64,000 bases of DNA, taken from positions 1 through 64,000 of the forward strand of contig CAWJSR010000058.1 of the NCBI GenBank assembly GCA_963845515.1, written 5' to 3'. Below are positions 38,795-50,497 of the stretch, piece after piece. This stretch comes from an uncultured delta proteobacterium. Lineage in GTDB: Bacteria > Myxococcota > Myxococcia > Myxococcales > Anaeromyxobacteraceae. The notes beneath the pieces are model-generated. The model had not been told where the DNA came from, made no database searches, and saw only the letters and a program-made list of their open reading frames with translations. The position numbers were made by a program, and so were the translations under genes. How positions within the stretch are numbered: position 1 is the first letter of the stretch; the number at the start of each line of letters is the position of its first letter.

Positions 38795-39018
38795 GGAGCG
38801 GGTGATACCAAATCCCGGGCTCCCGCGTCGCGCGCGACGCGCTCCGCGTGAGCCGCGTTGCACCACCGCCACGGGCCCGACGCACTGTGGCGCGGCCAAA
38901 CACGCGTGGCTGCTGAGGTTCTAGATGGAGATGCCGTCGTGGGGAGCGCGCGGGCCGAGGCTGATCCACAGCGCACAGAAGCGAATTGCAAGAAGCGTGC
39001 CTCTACCCGGCGGTTCTA

Positions 39019-39047
39019 TTGACACCCCGTATCACTTGGTCTTTCCT
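39019..39047 (+). promoter_or_regulatory. Possible sigma70 promoter of maeB
   Basis: Perfect TTGACA -35, 17-bp spacer, weak -10 TTTCCT. Confidence 0.4.
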
Positions 39048-39114
39048 CTCCCGACACACAACCAAACCAGCCGGTACTGAGCCGTTCCAGACCAGGACTG
39101 AGAAGGAACCAACG

Positions 39115-41416
<2,302 letters not shown>

Positions 41417-41418
<2 letters not shown>

Positions 41419-41440
41419 AGGGACAGGGTGAGGTGAGGGG
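41417..41440 (+). repeat. Partial REP-like element
   Basis: agagggacagggtgag matches the right arm of the 32500 copy. Confidence 0.55.
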
Positions 41441-41472
41441 ACGGGCCGCTTCCCTCCGGGGAGGCGGCCCGT
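41441..41472. terminator. Hairpin between convergent maeB and the DUF4386-like gene
   Basis: acgggccgcttccc-tccg-gggaggcggcccgt, 14-bp stem with one G-U pair; no U-tract. Confidence 0.55.
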
Positions 41473-41479
41473 CTCGCGT

Positions 41480-42226
41480 TCAGGCCTTCGCGAGCTGCAG
41501 GAGCCTGCGGGCCACGACGACGTACCACGCCATCATCGTGAGGCCGCCGATCCCGCCGAGGACCAGGACCGCGCCGTAGGCCGCCGGGACGAACGCGGCG
41601 AAGACGCTGAAGACGAGCAGTGAGCCGAAGCCGACGGCGGCGAGCAGGCCGGCCGCGCGGCCGAAGACCCCGCCGCGGAGGAGCGCGAGCGCCATGACGA
41701 GCCCGGCCAGCTCGGTGAGGAAGAAGCCCATGAACATCCCTGCGGTCAGGTCCTCCCCTAGCGCCAGCAGCACCTCGCCGGTGGCCGCCAGCGCCGCGCG
41801 CTGCGGCTCGGCGGCGGCCGCATACCGCACCGCCAGCGCGTCGAGCGAGAAGAGCGTGTTCCGCGCGATGTAGACGGCCGCCCCGACGAGCAGGAGCATG
41901 GTCGCCACGGCGGCCAGGTGGCGGCCAGCCCGGCGGTGCGCGCCGTAGAGGGCGTAGAAGAGCGGGATCTCCACCACCGTGTTGATGACGTTGAGGAGCC
42001 CGAGGTTCCGCAGCGCGAGCCAGCGGTGCCCCTCGAGCAGGGCGAACCACTCGACGGCGGTCGTCGAGCCCGGGACCTTCGCGTCCGGCTCCAGGAACAT
42101 GAGGGCTACGTCGGCGAGCGCCACGCAGAAGATGACCACGGCGCAGCCTGCGGCGAGCCTGTAGAGCGCCCTCCAGCTCGCCTGCGCGCCCTCCGTGTCG
42201 GCGAGCGATGCGACGGTCGCGTCCAT
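41480..42226 (-). CDS. DUF4386-like membrane protein (start could be 42253)
   Basis: WRALYRLAA, LRNLGLLN, PLFYALY; 6-7 TM helices. Confidence 0.7.
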   Translation of the reverse strand: MDATVASLADTEGAQASWRALYRLAAGCAVVIFCVALADVALMFLEPDAKVPGSTTAVEWFALLEGHRWLALRNLGLLNVINTVVEIPLFYALYGAHRRAGRHLAAVATMLLLVGAAVYIARNTLFSLDALAVRYAAAAEPQRAALAATGEVLLALGEDLTAGMFMGFFLTELAGLVMALALLRGGVFGRAAGLLAAVGFGSLLVFSVFAAFVPAAYGAVLVLGGIGGLTMMAWYVVVARRLLQLAKA

Positions 42227-42345
42227 GCGGTCCTCGCCCGGCGCGGACGTCACCCGGGGGGTGATGCCACGCTATCCAGCCGCGGCGCTGGCGGCCAGCG
42301 GAATCTCCGCGTGGCGCTCCGCCGCGGCCCTCGTGGGTCGCGCGC

Positions 42346-42501
42346 TCAACAGCCGCTGGGCGGCTCCCCGTCGTCCTTCCTGGCGCCGTCACGCGGCGCG
42401 TACGGGACGCCTCAGCCGGAGACGCCGGCCTTGGGCAGGATCCAGCGCTGGAGCACGTACCAGCCGGCGAGGAAGAGGATGAACTGCAGGAGATCGTTCA
42501 T
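42346..42501 (-). CDS. Small single-TM protein with in-frame UGA (candidate selenoprotein, 51 aa; 29 aa if UGA terminates)
   Basis: MNDLLQFILFLAGWYVLQRWILPKAGVSG-UGA(42412-42414)-GVPYAPRDGARKDDGEPPSGC-stop; GC3-rich codons; not in the ORF track. Confidence 0.6.
42383..42399 (-). promoter_or_regulatory. Candidate bacterial SECIS hairpin
   Basis: UGA + 12 nt + GCGCCG-CGUGA-CGGCGC; 18 nt between the UGA and the loop, which has GU at positions 2-3. Confidence 0.5.
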
Positions 42502-42544
42502 GGGCTCGGGTGTGAGCCCGGGACTCTCCCATCGGTTCGGAGGT

Positions 42545-42934
42545 TCAAGCGAGCTTCGACAGCACCCGCGAGAGCCGCTCCTGCACCTGCTTCGCCACCT
42601 CGGCGAAGCGCGGGTCGGCCGCGGCCATCGTCTGCATGGGGTCGATCGACCGGACCGTGGTCCCGCCGCCGTCCTGCTCGTAGACGGCGACGTTGCAGGG
42701 GAGGAGCACCCCCACCGACGGGTCGATCGAGAGGGCCTGGTGCGCGAACATCGGGTTGCAGGCGCCGAGGATCTGGTAGCGCCGGAAGTCGACCCCGATC
42801 TTCTCCTTGAGCGTGGCCTTGACGTCGATGCGCGTCAGCACTCCGAACCCCTCCTCCTTGAGCAGGTCGGGGAGCTTCGAGAGGACGTCGTCATAGGAGA
42901 GCTGCGTCTCGCGGATCATTCCAATCTGGGCCAT
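42545..42934 (-). CDS. DUF302-domain protein
   Basis: GFGVLTRID, YQILGACNP, LLPCNVAV. Confidence 0.9.
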   Translation of the reverse strand: MAQIGMIRETQLSYDDVLSKLPDLLKEEGFGVLTRIDVKATLKEKIGVDFRRYQILGACNPMFAHQALSIDPSVGVLLPCNVAVYEQDGGGTTVRSIDPMQTMAAADPRFAEVAKQVQERLSRVLSKLA

Positions 42935-43018
42935 CGGTCACCTCGTGCCGGCGTGGTTGCGCTGGCAGCCATTGGAGCCGAACGTCCTGGGTGCGAGGCG
43001 CGGGAATACGGGGCGACC

Positions 43019-44488
43019 CTAGAGCTTCACGCGAAGCGCGACGCCGCCCGAGAGCACGGGCGGCTGCGTCCGGAGGTCGGCGGTCAGCGGCGGGCCGATC
43101 TCGGCCTGCGAAACGTCGAGGGCGAAGCGGAACTCGCCTCCCTCGGTTCCAACGTACCCCGCCAGGAAGGACTCGACCGTCAGGTAGGTGTTGACCACCA
43201 TGGAGTGGTCGATCCGCACGGTGGCGCTCCCGTCCGAGAGGTTGGCGAGCACGTTCAGCGTGAAGGTGTGATCGTTCCAGGTCCCCGGCGCCGCGAGGAG
43301 CGCGAACGCGCCGGCGTAGTGACGCCCGACGTAGAAGGGGACGTAGTCGTTGCTCTCCCCGGGCAGGACCAGCGCGCGCTGGAGCCACGGGTAGATGTGG
43401 GGATCGTCGTAGCCGGCGCCGTTGTAGAAGTACTCGGCCCCGAACCGGACCGCGTCCTCGTCGGAGTAGTTGACGGCGTAGCTGACCCCGAGGACCGCCT
43501 GCGGCGTGATCCCGTCGAGCGACCGCTTGCCGTAGCGGTCGAAGACGGTCGGCGCGGCCGGATCGATCTCCTCCCAGAGCTGGACGTCGGACGACGTGCG
43601 CAGCGCCACCTCGCCGTGGACGTCGAGGTCCCAGATGCCCGTGGAGAAGTCGAGCCCGAAGCGCGGGCGCTGGCCGTCCCGGACGAGGGCGGTCGCTCCC
43701 AGCTCGGCCGGGCCGAGGACGACCTCGGCCCGGGCACCGCCCGCCACCTTCCCGATCGTGTTCGCGCCGTCACCCTTCCCCGAGGGGTCATCGAGGAACG
43801 CGATGGCGTAGAGGTTCCAGCCACGGGCCTCCCAGGGGACGTGCACCTTCACCATCGTCGTCCCGACGCGCGCGTCGAAGACGTCCAGGGGGTTGCGGCG
43901 GTCCGGGTGGAGGAAGTCGGTGGGGTTCCAGAAGCGCCCCACGCCCCACTTCACGTGCTGCTTCCCGACCGTGACGAAGGCGCGGCGCCCCACGTCGAAG
44001 TTCACCCACAGCTGGTCGAGGAAGACCTGCGGCTCGAGGCTCGCCCCCGGCGGCGTGACCCCGGGGAGCAGGCCGGCGGGGACGAAGGGGCTCCATAGGG
44101 TCCGCGCGAGCGCGAACGCGCGCACGCGGTCGTTCGGGCGCGTGTCGACGTAGACGTCGAGGAGGTTCGACGAGTAGAGCGGCCACTCCGACGGCGGCTT
44201 GAAGCGCTCCCACAGGGTGCTCGCGCGCAGGTAGAGCATCCCTCCGAGCGCCAGCGGGTTCTCCTGGGCCGCGGTCATGACCCCCGCCGGGGGACCCGCG
44301 CGGCCACCGCCCAGGATGGCGTCGTCTCGCCCGCTCACTGGGGGGGACGGCTCGGCCTGCGGCGCCGGCGCGGCCTCGGCGGCCGGCGTCGGCGCCCCGA
44401 AGAGCTCCTCCTCGGCGGGCCGGTCCTGCGCGGGGACGGCCGCGGCGGCGGCCAGCGCGGCGAGTGCGATCGCTATCCGTGTGATCAA
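43019..44488 (-). CDS. Outer-membrane beta-barrel-like protein associated with the ABC operon
   Basis: TTG start with signal peptide; LDQLW, TVGKQHVKWGVGRFWNPTD; ends with an amphipathic beta-strand. Confidence 0.75.
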   Translation of the reverse strand: MITRIAIALAALAAAAAVPAQDRPAEEELFGAPTPAAEAAPAPQAEPSPPVSGRDDAILGGGRAGPPAGVMTAAQENPLALGGMLYLRASTLWERFKPPSEWPLYSSNLLDVYVDTRPNDRVRAFALARTLWSPFVPAGLLPGVTPPGASLEPQVFLDQLWVNFDVGRRAFVTVGKQHVKWGVGRFWNPTDFLHPDRRNPLDVFDARVGTTMVKVHVPWEARGWNLYAIAFLDDPSGKGDGANTIGKVAGGARAEVVLGPAELGATALVRDGQRPRFGLDFSTGIWDLDVHGEVALRTSSDVQLWEEIDPAAPTVFDRYGKRSLDGITPQAVLGVSYAVNYSDEDAVRFGAEYFYNGAGYDDPHIYPWLQRALVLPGESNDYVPFYVGRHYAGAFALLAAPGTWNDHTFTLNVLANLSDGSATVRIDHSMVVNTYLTVESFLAGYVGTEGGEFRFALDVSQAEIGPPLTADLRTQPPVLSGGVALRVKL

Positions 44489-44499
44489 GCGCGTCCCCT

Positions 44500-45273
44500 T
44501 CAGCGGCTCTTGGACTCGAGCCAGGCCTTGGTGAAGAGGTTGGCCTCCAGCGGCCTGAGGTCGATCTCCTTGATCAGGATGAGCGTGGAGTTCCCCTTCT
44601 CGATCTCGTCGAAGATCCTCATCTCCTCGGGATACCAGACCTCGCCCTTCTTCGAGGGCGAGTAGACCTTCTTCCAGCGCGGGTAGTACGCCGTCCGCAT
44701 CAGCTTCCCGGAGAGCGCCAGCTCCTGCCGCTTCAGCACGTTGAGGGTCGCCTGGTCGACCCACAGCTCCACGACCGGGAAGGCGACGTCGACGCCGGCC
44801 TTCACCGTCAGCTTCAGGTGATCGACCGCGTAGACGCCGAGCCGCTCCTGTCCGATCCAGGCGGCGTCGTACTCCTCCACCAGCCGCGACTCGTCGAGGT
44901 CGCCGCGCCGCGTGTCGGTCCCGCCGATCCGCTCGCGCTCGGTCCGCCGCTCCCAACGGCCAGTCCCCGGATCGTACATCCACAGGTTCTTCTCCAGCCG
45001 GAGGTAGCCCTTCCCCGCCTCGCTCTTCGGCTTGGTGAAGAGGAACATCTGCTTGTCCTCCTCGTCGCGCCGGTAGACGAGGAGCTCGTAGACGACGTCG
45101 GTCTTCCCCTTCTCCTTCGCCTCCATGTAGCAGAGCGCCTTCCAGTCGCCCGAGTTGCGCTGGCGCTCGTCGACCGTGGCGACGACCTTCTTCAGCTCCT
45201 CGGCGGTGAGCGCTCGCGAGGCCACCGGGGCGGCGGCGAGGAGGAGGAGCGCGATGGGGGCGAGACGGTTCAT
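44500..45273 (-). CDS. Outer-membrane lipoprotein-sorting (LolA-like) periplasmic protein
   Basis: Signal peptide; FTKPKSEAGKGYL, LWMYDP, GTD...DL, LFTKAWL. Confidence 0.82.
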   Translation of the reverse strand: MNRLAPIALLLLAAAPVASRALTAEELKKVVATVDERQRNSGDWKALCYMEAKEKGKTDVVYELLVYRRDEEDKQMFLFTKPKSEAGKGYLRLEKNLWMYDPGTGRWERRTERERIGGTDTRRGDLDESRLVEEYDAAWIGQERLGVYAVDHLKLTVKAGVDVAFPVVELWVDQATLNVLKRQELALSGKLMRTAYYPRWKKVYSPSKKGEVWYPEEMRIFDEIEKGNSTLILIKEIDLRPLEANLFTKAWLESKSR

Positions 45274-45277
45274 CGGT

Positions 45278-46585
45278 TCACCCGATCTGGTGCATGGCGG
45301 TGATTGGCTTGAGCCGCGCCGCGCGCCGCGCCGGGAACACCGACGCGAGCACGGTCACGGTCGCGAGGAGGAGGACGTCCGCGACGATGGTGCCTGGCTG
45401 GAGCAGGAAGTGGAGCTTCTCCTGGGACAGGAAGACCTGGACCGCCTCCGGGAGCGTGAAGGCCATGGCGTTGACTGCCGCGGCCACGGCAGCGGCGCCG
45501 AGCGCCCCCGCCGCGGTCCCGATCAGCCCCAGCAGCGCCGTCTCGAGGACGAAGAGCCAGAGCACCTTGCGCCGCTGCATGCCGATGGCGCGGAGCGTCC
45601 CGATCTCCCGCGTCCGCTCCCGGATCGCGATGGCGAGCGTGTTCAGGATCCCGATGATGACCACGATCATGAGCACGACCACGAGGATGTTCGAGACGAC
45701 CTTCAGGGCGAGGATGAACTGCTTGAACTGCCCCATCTCGTCGTCGGCCGTCGTGACGTCGATCTTCTGGCCGGTCCAGTCCTCGCTCGGGATCCTCAGC
45801 ATGAGCTTCATCCAGTACGGCTGCGCCTCGGGCTCCATGACGCGCAGCCCAGCGTCCCGGATCGCCGTGCGCAGCCGGGAGGCGACGGCCGGTCCGGCCG
45901 ACGGGTCCTTCAGGTAGACGTGGATGGCGCCGGTGGTGGCCGCGTTGAGGCCGTACAGCGTCCGCAAGGCGTCGGCCTGGACGAAGGCGGAGAAGGCGGA
46001 GAGGAGGCCGACGTTCTTCGCGACGACGACGACCCGCAGGTCGGCGGTGTTGTTCACCCCGCGCGCGGTCGGGGCCGAGATGGTGACGACGTCACCGACC
46101 TTCAGCTTGAGCCGCTCCGCCTGCCCCTCGAAGAGCAGGATGGTGTTGGGCTGCGCGAGGTCGTCGAGCCGCCCCTCCAGGATCCTGAGGGTCTTGCGGA
46201 AGGCCGGCTCGTTGGCGACCTCGACGCCGGCGAGCACGAGGTCCATCGAGCTGGACTCGGAGACCGCCTTCGCCCAGCCACGCCCGCGCACCGTGAGATA
46301 GTCCACCTCGGGGACGCGCTCCCTCACCAGCGCGACCAGCTTCGGGTAGTCGGCCACGAGCGGCGCGGCGCTGCCGCTCGTCACCTTGAAGAAGCCGCCG
46401 ACGTTGACGTGGCCGGTGAGGAGCGTGAGGGCCGACTCCATCATCGAGGCCTCCATCCCGGCGGTGAGCGACCCGAGGAGGACGAGCAGCCCGGTGACCG
46501 CCGCCAGGGCGCCGCCGAGGAAGAGGTTCCGCCGCGAGTGTCGGGTCAGGTTGCGGCCCGCGATCTGGATGTCCGTCAGGAACAT
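45278..46585 (-). CDS. ABC transporter permease (MacB/FtsX family)
   Basis: RNLTRHSRR, ERTREIGTLRAIG, PARRAARLKPI. Confidence 0.9.
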   Translation of the reverse strand: MFLTDIQIAGRNLTRHSRRNLFLGGALAAVTGLLVLLGSLTAGMEASMMESALTLLTGHVNVGGFFKVTSGSAAPLVADYPKLVALVRERVPEVDYLTVRGRGWAKAVSESSSMDLVLAGVEVANEPAFRKTLRILEGRLDDLAQPNTILLFEGQAERLKLKVGDVVTISAPTARGVNNTADLRVVVVAKNVGLLSAFSAFVQADALRTLYGLNAATTGAIHVYLKDPSAGPAVASRLRTAIRDAGLRVMEPEAQPYWMKLMLRIPSEDWTGQKIDVTTADDEMGQFKQFILALKVVSNILVVVLMIVVIIGILNTLAIAIRERTREIGTLRAIGMQRRKVLWLFVLETALLGLIGTAAGALGAAAVAAAVNAMAFTLPEAVQVFLSQEKLHFLLQPGTIVADVLLLATVTVLASVFPARRAARLKPITAMHQIG

Positions 46586-46594
46586 GGTCGGTGC

Positions 46595-48733
46595 CTAGTC
46601 GTCGGTGGACATCGCCTCGACCGGCGAGACCTTCATCGCGATCACGGCCGGGTAGAGGGCGGAGAGGACGGAGACGGAGAGGACGATCACGAGCGAGAGC
46701 CCGAGCGCCAGCGCCCCCATCCTCGGCATCAGGGAGGGGCCCGCGAAGACGAAGTAGAGGAGGTCCGTCGTGGCCGGGATCCCGCCCGCGGCCCGGATCG
46801 CCGCCACGACGCCGCCGCCCAGGAGGGCACCGGCGAGGCCGAAGAGGAGCCCGATCGCCCCGATCTCGACCAGGAGCATGACGACGACGAACCGGCGCTG
46901 GGCGCCGATCGCCCGCATCGTCCCGACCTCCTTCACCCGCTGGAGCGTCGCCATCACCATGGCGTTGTTGATGATCACGAGGGCGACCGAGAAGAAGATG
47001 AGGAGCGCCGTGAAGAGGACGACGCGCATGAGGGTCACGAACTGGCCCACCATCCCCGACGCGGCCTGCCAGTCGATGGTCTTCAGCCCCAGCTTCGCGG
47101 CGTCGGCCGCCGCCTGCACGTCCTTCAGCGAGCGGCGCAGCCTCGACGGATCCTTCAGGATGATCGCGGCGTTCAGCACCTCGCCGTGCTCGATCTCCGA
47201 CTGCGAGTAGACGCGCGTGGCGGCCGCCTCGGCAGCGACCCGCTTCTCGCTCGCCCCTGCGACGAGCGACCGCTCGTCGATGGCGGCGGACTTCGACTCC
47301 GCCTCGAGCCCGCCGTCCAGGCCGAAGAGCTCCGCCTCGGCGCTGGCGCGCTCGACGTGCCGCGCGCCCATCGAGGCCTGGAGCCGCCGGATCTCCTCGG
47401 CCTTCTCGGCGGTGACGTAGCCGTAGAGGTCGCGGAAGCTCATCAGGTCCATCACGCTCATCATCCCCGCGATGCCCGACCGCTCGATCCCCTTGAACTG
47501 TAGGAAGCCGTAGACCTTCAGGTTGATCGAGTTGAAGTAGCCGCTCTTTGACGGCGCCTTGATGGTGATCGTCTCGCCCACGTTGATCATGTAGAGCCGC
47601 AGGAGCGGCGCGAGCACGTCGTAGAAGACGTGGTAGTCGCGCTCGAACGTCTCGTCGGTGGAGGCGAAGAGCTTCGCGAGCAGCGCCTCCAGCGGCACGT
47701 CGCTCTCCTCGCCGAGCCCCTTGCGGAGCCGGACCGCGGCCTCGTCGGCCTTGATGGGATCGAGCTGCAGGAGGATCTCCCTGATCCCGTTCCCGTTGTC
47801 CCTCACCCAGCGCTGCAGCTCCTCGTCCTTCGCGATCCGGCGTCCGCGTCGATCGCGGGCGTCCTTGATCTGGTCGAGCCGCCGGGCGTTCTTGAGCTTC
47901 AGCCACTCCTCCGCGAACTGCTTCCCCACGAGGATCCCGCGCTGCCCCGTCGGCACCCGCACGCCCTCCACCACCTCCGCCAGCGGGAAGGCCGTGAAGA
48001 AGGCGTCGACGTCCGTGCCGACGTAGCGCAGGAAGGTGAAGGCGTTGTCCATGGCCAGCGGCGCGATCCGGTTCTCGAGCAGCTCGAGGTTCCCGTAGCG
48101 GTCCTCGTCGAACGCGGCCCAGAACGGCTCGGCGGCGACGCGCTGCAGCGCCTCGACGTCCTGCTGCTTGTCCTGCGCCTCCCGCGAGTTCGGGTCGACG
48201 ATCGCGAGCGCCTGGTCGATCTCCCCGCGGAGCAGCCCGACCATGCGGTGGACGTGCGCCTTGTGCGACTCCCATGTCCGAAGCAGCTCCGGGTCGCGCT
48301 CCCCCTCCTCGAGGCGGCGGGCGTCGGCGCGGAGCCGCTCCAGCGCTGCGTCGAACGCGTTCCCGGTCGCGACCATCGCCTGGTCGATCCCCATGGGGAC
48401 CACCTGCTGGACGTTGGGGACCTCCTCGATCACCGCCTTCACCTTCGCGAAGTCCTCGATCGGGTCGAGCAGCGACTCGCCGCGGAGGCCGCCGTAGAGC
48501 TCGAGCGCACCCTCGGAGCTGGCGGCGTAGACCTGCAGGTGTCCCCCCAGGCTCCCCTGGATCGAGGTGCGGAGGCCGCGATCGATCGAGTCGAGCAGCG
48601 AGGTCCCGACCACTACCACCAGCGACCCGGCGAGGATGATGCTGCCGAGGATCGTGGTCCGGACGCGGCTCGCGAGCAGGTTGCGCAAGGCGATCCGGAG
48701 CAGGACCCGGATCGCGTCCCGGCGGGCGCTCAT
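46595..48733 (-). CDS. ABC transporter permease (MacB/FtsX family) with enlarged periplasmic domain
   Basis: IALRNL, QRVKEVGTMRAIG, YPAVIAMKVSPVEAM; 712 aa. Confidence 0.88.
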   Translation of the reverse strand: MSARRDAIRVLLRIALRNLLASRVRTTILGSIILAGSLVVVVGTSLLDSIDRGLRTSIQGSLGGHLQVYAASSEGALELYGGLRGESLLDPIEDFAKVKAVIEEVPNVQQVVPMGIDQAMVATGNAFDAALERLRADARRLEEGERDPELLRTWESHKAHVHRMVGLLRGEIDQALAIVDPNSREAQDKQQDVEALQRVAAEPFWAAFDEDRYGNLELLENRIAPLAMDNAFTFLRYVGTDVDAFFTAFPLAEVVEGVRVPTGQRGILVGKQFAEEWLKLKNARRLDQIKDARDRRGRRIAKDEELQRWVRDNGNGIREILLQLDPIKADEAAVRLRKGLGEESDVPLEALLAKLFASTDETFERDYHVFYDVLAPLLRLYMINVGETITIKAPSKSGYFNSINLKVYGFLQFKGIERSGIAGMMSVMDLMSFRDLYGYVTAEKAEEIRRLQASMGARHVERASAEAELFGLDGGLEAESKSAAIDERSLVAGASEKRVAAEAAATRVYSQSEIEHGEVLNAAIILKDPSRLRRSLKDVQAAADAAKLGLKTIDWQAASGMVGQFVTLMRVVLFTALLIFFSVALVIINNAMVMATLQRVKEVGTMRAIGAQRRFVVVMLLVEIGAIGLLFGLAGALLGGGVVAAIRAAGGIPATTDLLYFVFAGPSLMPRMGALALGLSLVIVLSVSVLSALYPAVIAMKVSPVEAMSTDD

Positions 48734-49437
48734 CCCTTCACCCCGCCGTCGTTTGGACGCTCCCGGGCCGCGATCTGGCCGTCTGCGATCCGGACGATGG
48801 CGCTCGCGTGGCTCATCACCTTCGGATCGTGCGTCGAGAAGATGAAGGTGGTGCCGTCCTTGCGGTTCATGTCGCGCATCAGGTCGATGATGTTTGCCCC
48901 GGTCTGCGAGTCGAGGTTGGCGGTCGGCTCGTCGGCGAGGACCAGCCTGGGCCTGGAGACGAGCGCGCGGGCGACGGCGACGCGCTGGCGCTGCCCGCCC
49001 GACAGCTCGCTCGGCCGGTGGCGCGCGTACTCCCGGATCCCCACGGCGTCGAGGAGCCCGAGGACGCGGTCGGCACGCTCCTGCTTCGTCAGGCCGCCCT
49101 TGAGCAGGAGCGGAAACTCGATGTTCTGGAAGACCGACAGGACCTGGACGAGGTTGAAGCTCTGGAAGATGAAGCCGATCCGGTGGAGCCTCAGGTCCGT
49201 GAGCGCCCGCTCGCTGAGGCTCGCGGTGTCCTGCCCATCGACGAGGACGGATCCCGCGGTCGGCGTGTCCACGCAGCCGACGAGGTTGAGGAGCGTCGTC
49301 TTCCCGCTCCCGGACGGCCCTGCGATCGAGAGGAACTCGCCCTGCTCCACGTCGAGCGACACGCCGCGCAGCGCGGGGACCTCCGTCTTGCCGAGCGTGT
49401 AAACCTTAGAGACGTCCTTCACCGAGACGATCGCCAT
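48730..49437 (-). CDS. ABC transporter ATP-binding protein (LolD-like)
   Basis: GPSGSGKT, LSGGQRQR, LADEPTANLD. Confidence 0.95.
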   Translation of the reverse strand: MAIVSVKDVSKVYTLGKTEVPALRGVSLDVEQGEFLSIAGPSGSGKTTLLNLVGCVDTPTAGSVLVDGQDTASLSERALTDLRLHRIGFIFQSFNLVQVLSVFQNIEFPLLLKGGLTKQERADRVLGLLDAVGIREYARHRPSELSGGQRQRVAVARALVSRPRLVLADEPTANLDSQTGANIIDLMRDMNRKDGTTFIFSTHDPKVMSHASAIVRIADGQIAARERPNDGGVKG

Positions 49438-49487
49438 TCGGTCGCTCTCCTGCCTTCGTTCCTGGGGGTGAAGATGCTATCGCGGAC

Positions 49488-49670
49488 TCAGTCGTCGCGC
49501 TGCTCGAAAGCTATCGCGAAGCCGCCCGGCTCCTCCTCCTTCGCGAAGAGGGTGAGCGGGCGCCTGCACTCCGGGCACTCGGCGGTGATGAGCTGCTCCT
49601 CGCCACCACGCGGGTCCACGAAGACGACGAAGACGACGCCGCAGGCCGGGCACTCGACTTCCTGGTCCAT
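49488..49670 (-). CDS. Small CPXCG-motif Cys-rich protein
   Basis: CPACG...VD...ECPECRRP; 60 aa. Confidence 0.7.
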   Translation of the reverse strand: MDQEVECPACGVVFVVFVDPRGGEEQLITAECPECRRPLTLFAKEEEPGGFAIAFEQRDD

Positions 49671-49692
49671 GGCCCGCCATTATGAGGCCGCC

Positions 49693-50355
49693 GTGGCAAA
49701 GCGCCCCTTCCACAACCCTTTCGAGAAGCTGCGGGACCACCCGGCCGGGAGGCCGCCCCCGAAGCCGGCCCCTCCTCGGGAGCCTCCCCCGCGGCCGCCA
49801 CCGGCCGCGAAGACCGAGTCGGAGCTCTGGGAGGCCGCAATCGACGGCGCCCGCAAGCTCGATCCGGGGGCCGGAACGGTCGCCCCGCGCCAGCCGCGCC
49901 CGCCACCCGAGCGGGTGTGGCACCCCGACCTCGACGCTGTCGACGAGCTGAGGGCGCTGGTGTCCGGCGACTCCCCCTTCGACCTCGCGGACTCGGACGA
50001 GTTCATCGAGGGGTGGATCGAGGGGCTCGATCACAAGATCGTCGCGAAGCTGCGGCGCGGTGAGTTCTCGGTGCAGGGGCACTTCGACCTCCACGGCCTG
50101 AAGCGCGACGAGGCGAAGCGCGCGGTCGAGGAGTACCTCCGCGGCGCGCGCCTCGCGGGCAAGCGCTGCGTCATCGTGGTCCATGGACGGGGGCTCCACT
50201 CCAAGGACAACGTGCCGGTCCTCAAGGACGCGCTCCGGGGGTGGCTCGCGACAAACCGGTTCAGCCGGCACGTCCTCGCCTTCGCCACAGCGAAGCCGGT
50301 CGACGGCGGCGCGGGCGCCCTCTACGTCCTGCTGCGGAAGCCCGGCAAGGGCTGA
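49693..50355 (+). CDS. Smr-domain protein
   Basis: DLHGL, VVHGRGLHS, DGGAGALYVLLR. Confidence 0.9.
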   Translation: MAKRPFHNPFEKLRDHPAGRPPPKPAPPREPPPRPPPAAKTESELWEAAIDGARKLDPGAGTVAPRQPRPPPERVWHPDLDAVDELRALVSGDSPFDLADSDEFIEGWIEGLDHKIVAKLRRGEFSVQGHFDLHGLKRDEAKRAVEEYLRGARLAGKRCVIVVHGRGLHSKDNVPVLKDALRGWLATNRFSRHVLAFATAKPVDGGAGALYVLLRKPGKG

Positions 50356-50497
50356 GCGGCCCCAGGAGCGCGGGGCGTTATCCGCAGCCGTTTCCACGGG
50401 TTGGGACCTCGCCCGCGGCTCGTGAACGGAAATGTAGTCAGTGCGGCGGTTTGACGCACTAGCGTCGAAGGCCTAGCGTTTCCTCGGGGGTCGCGAG

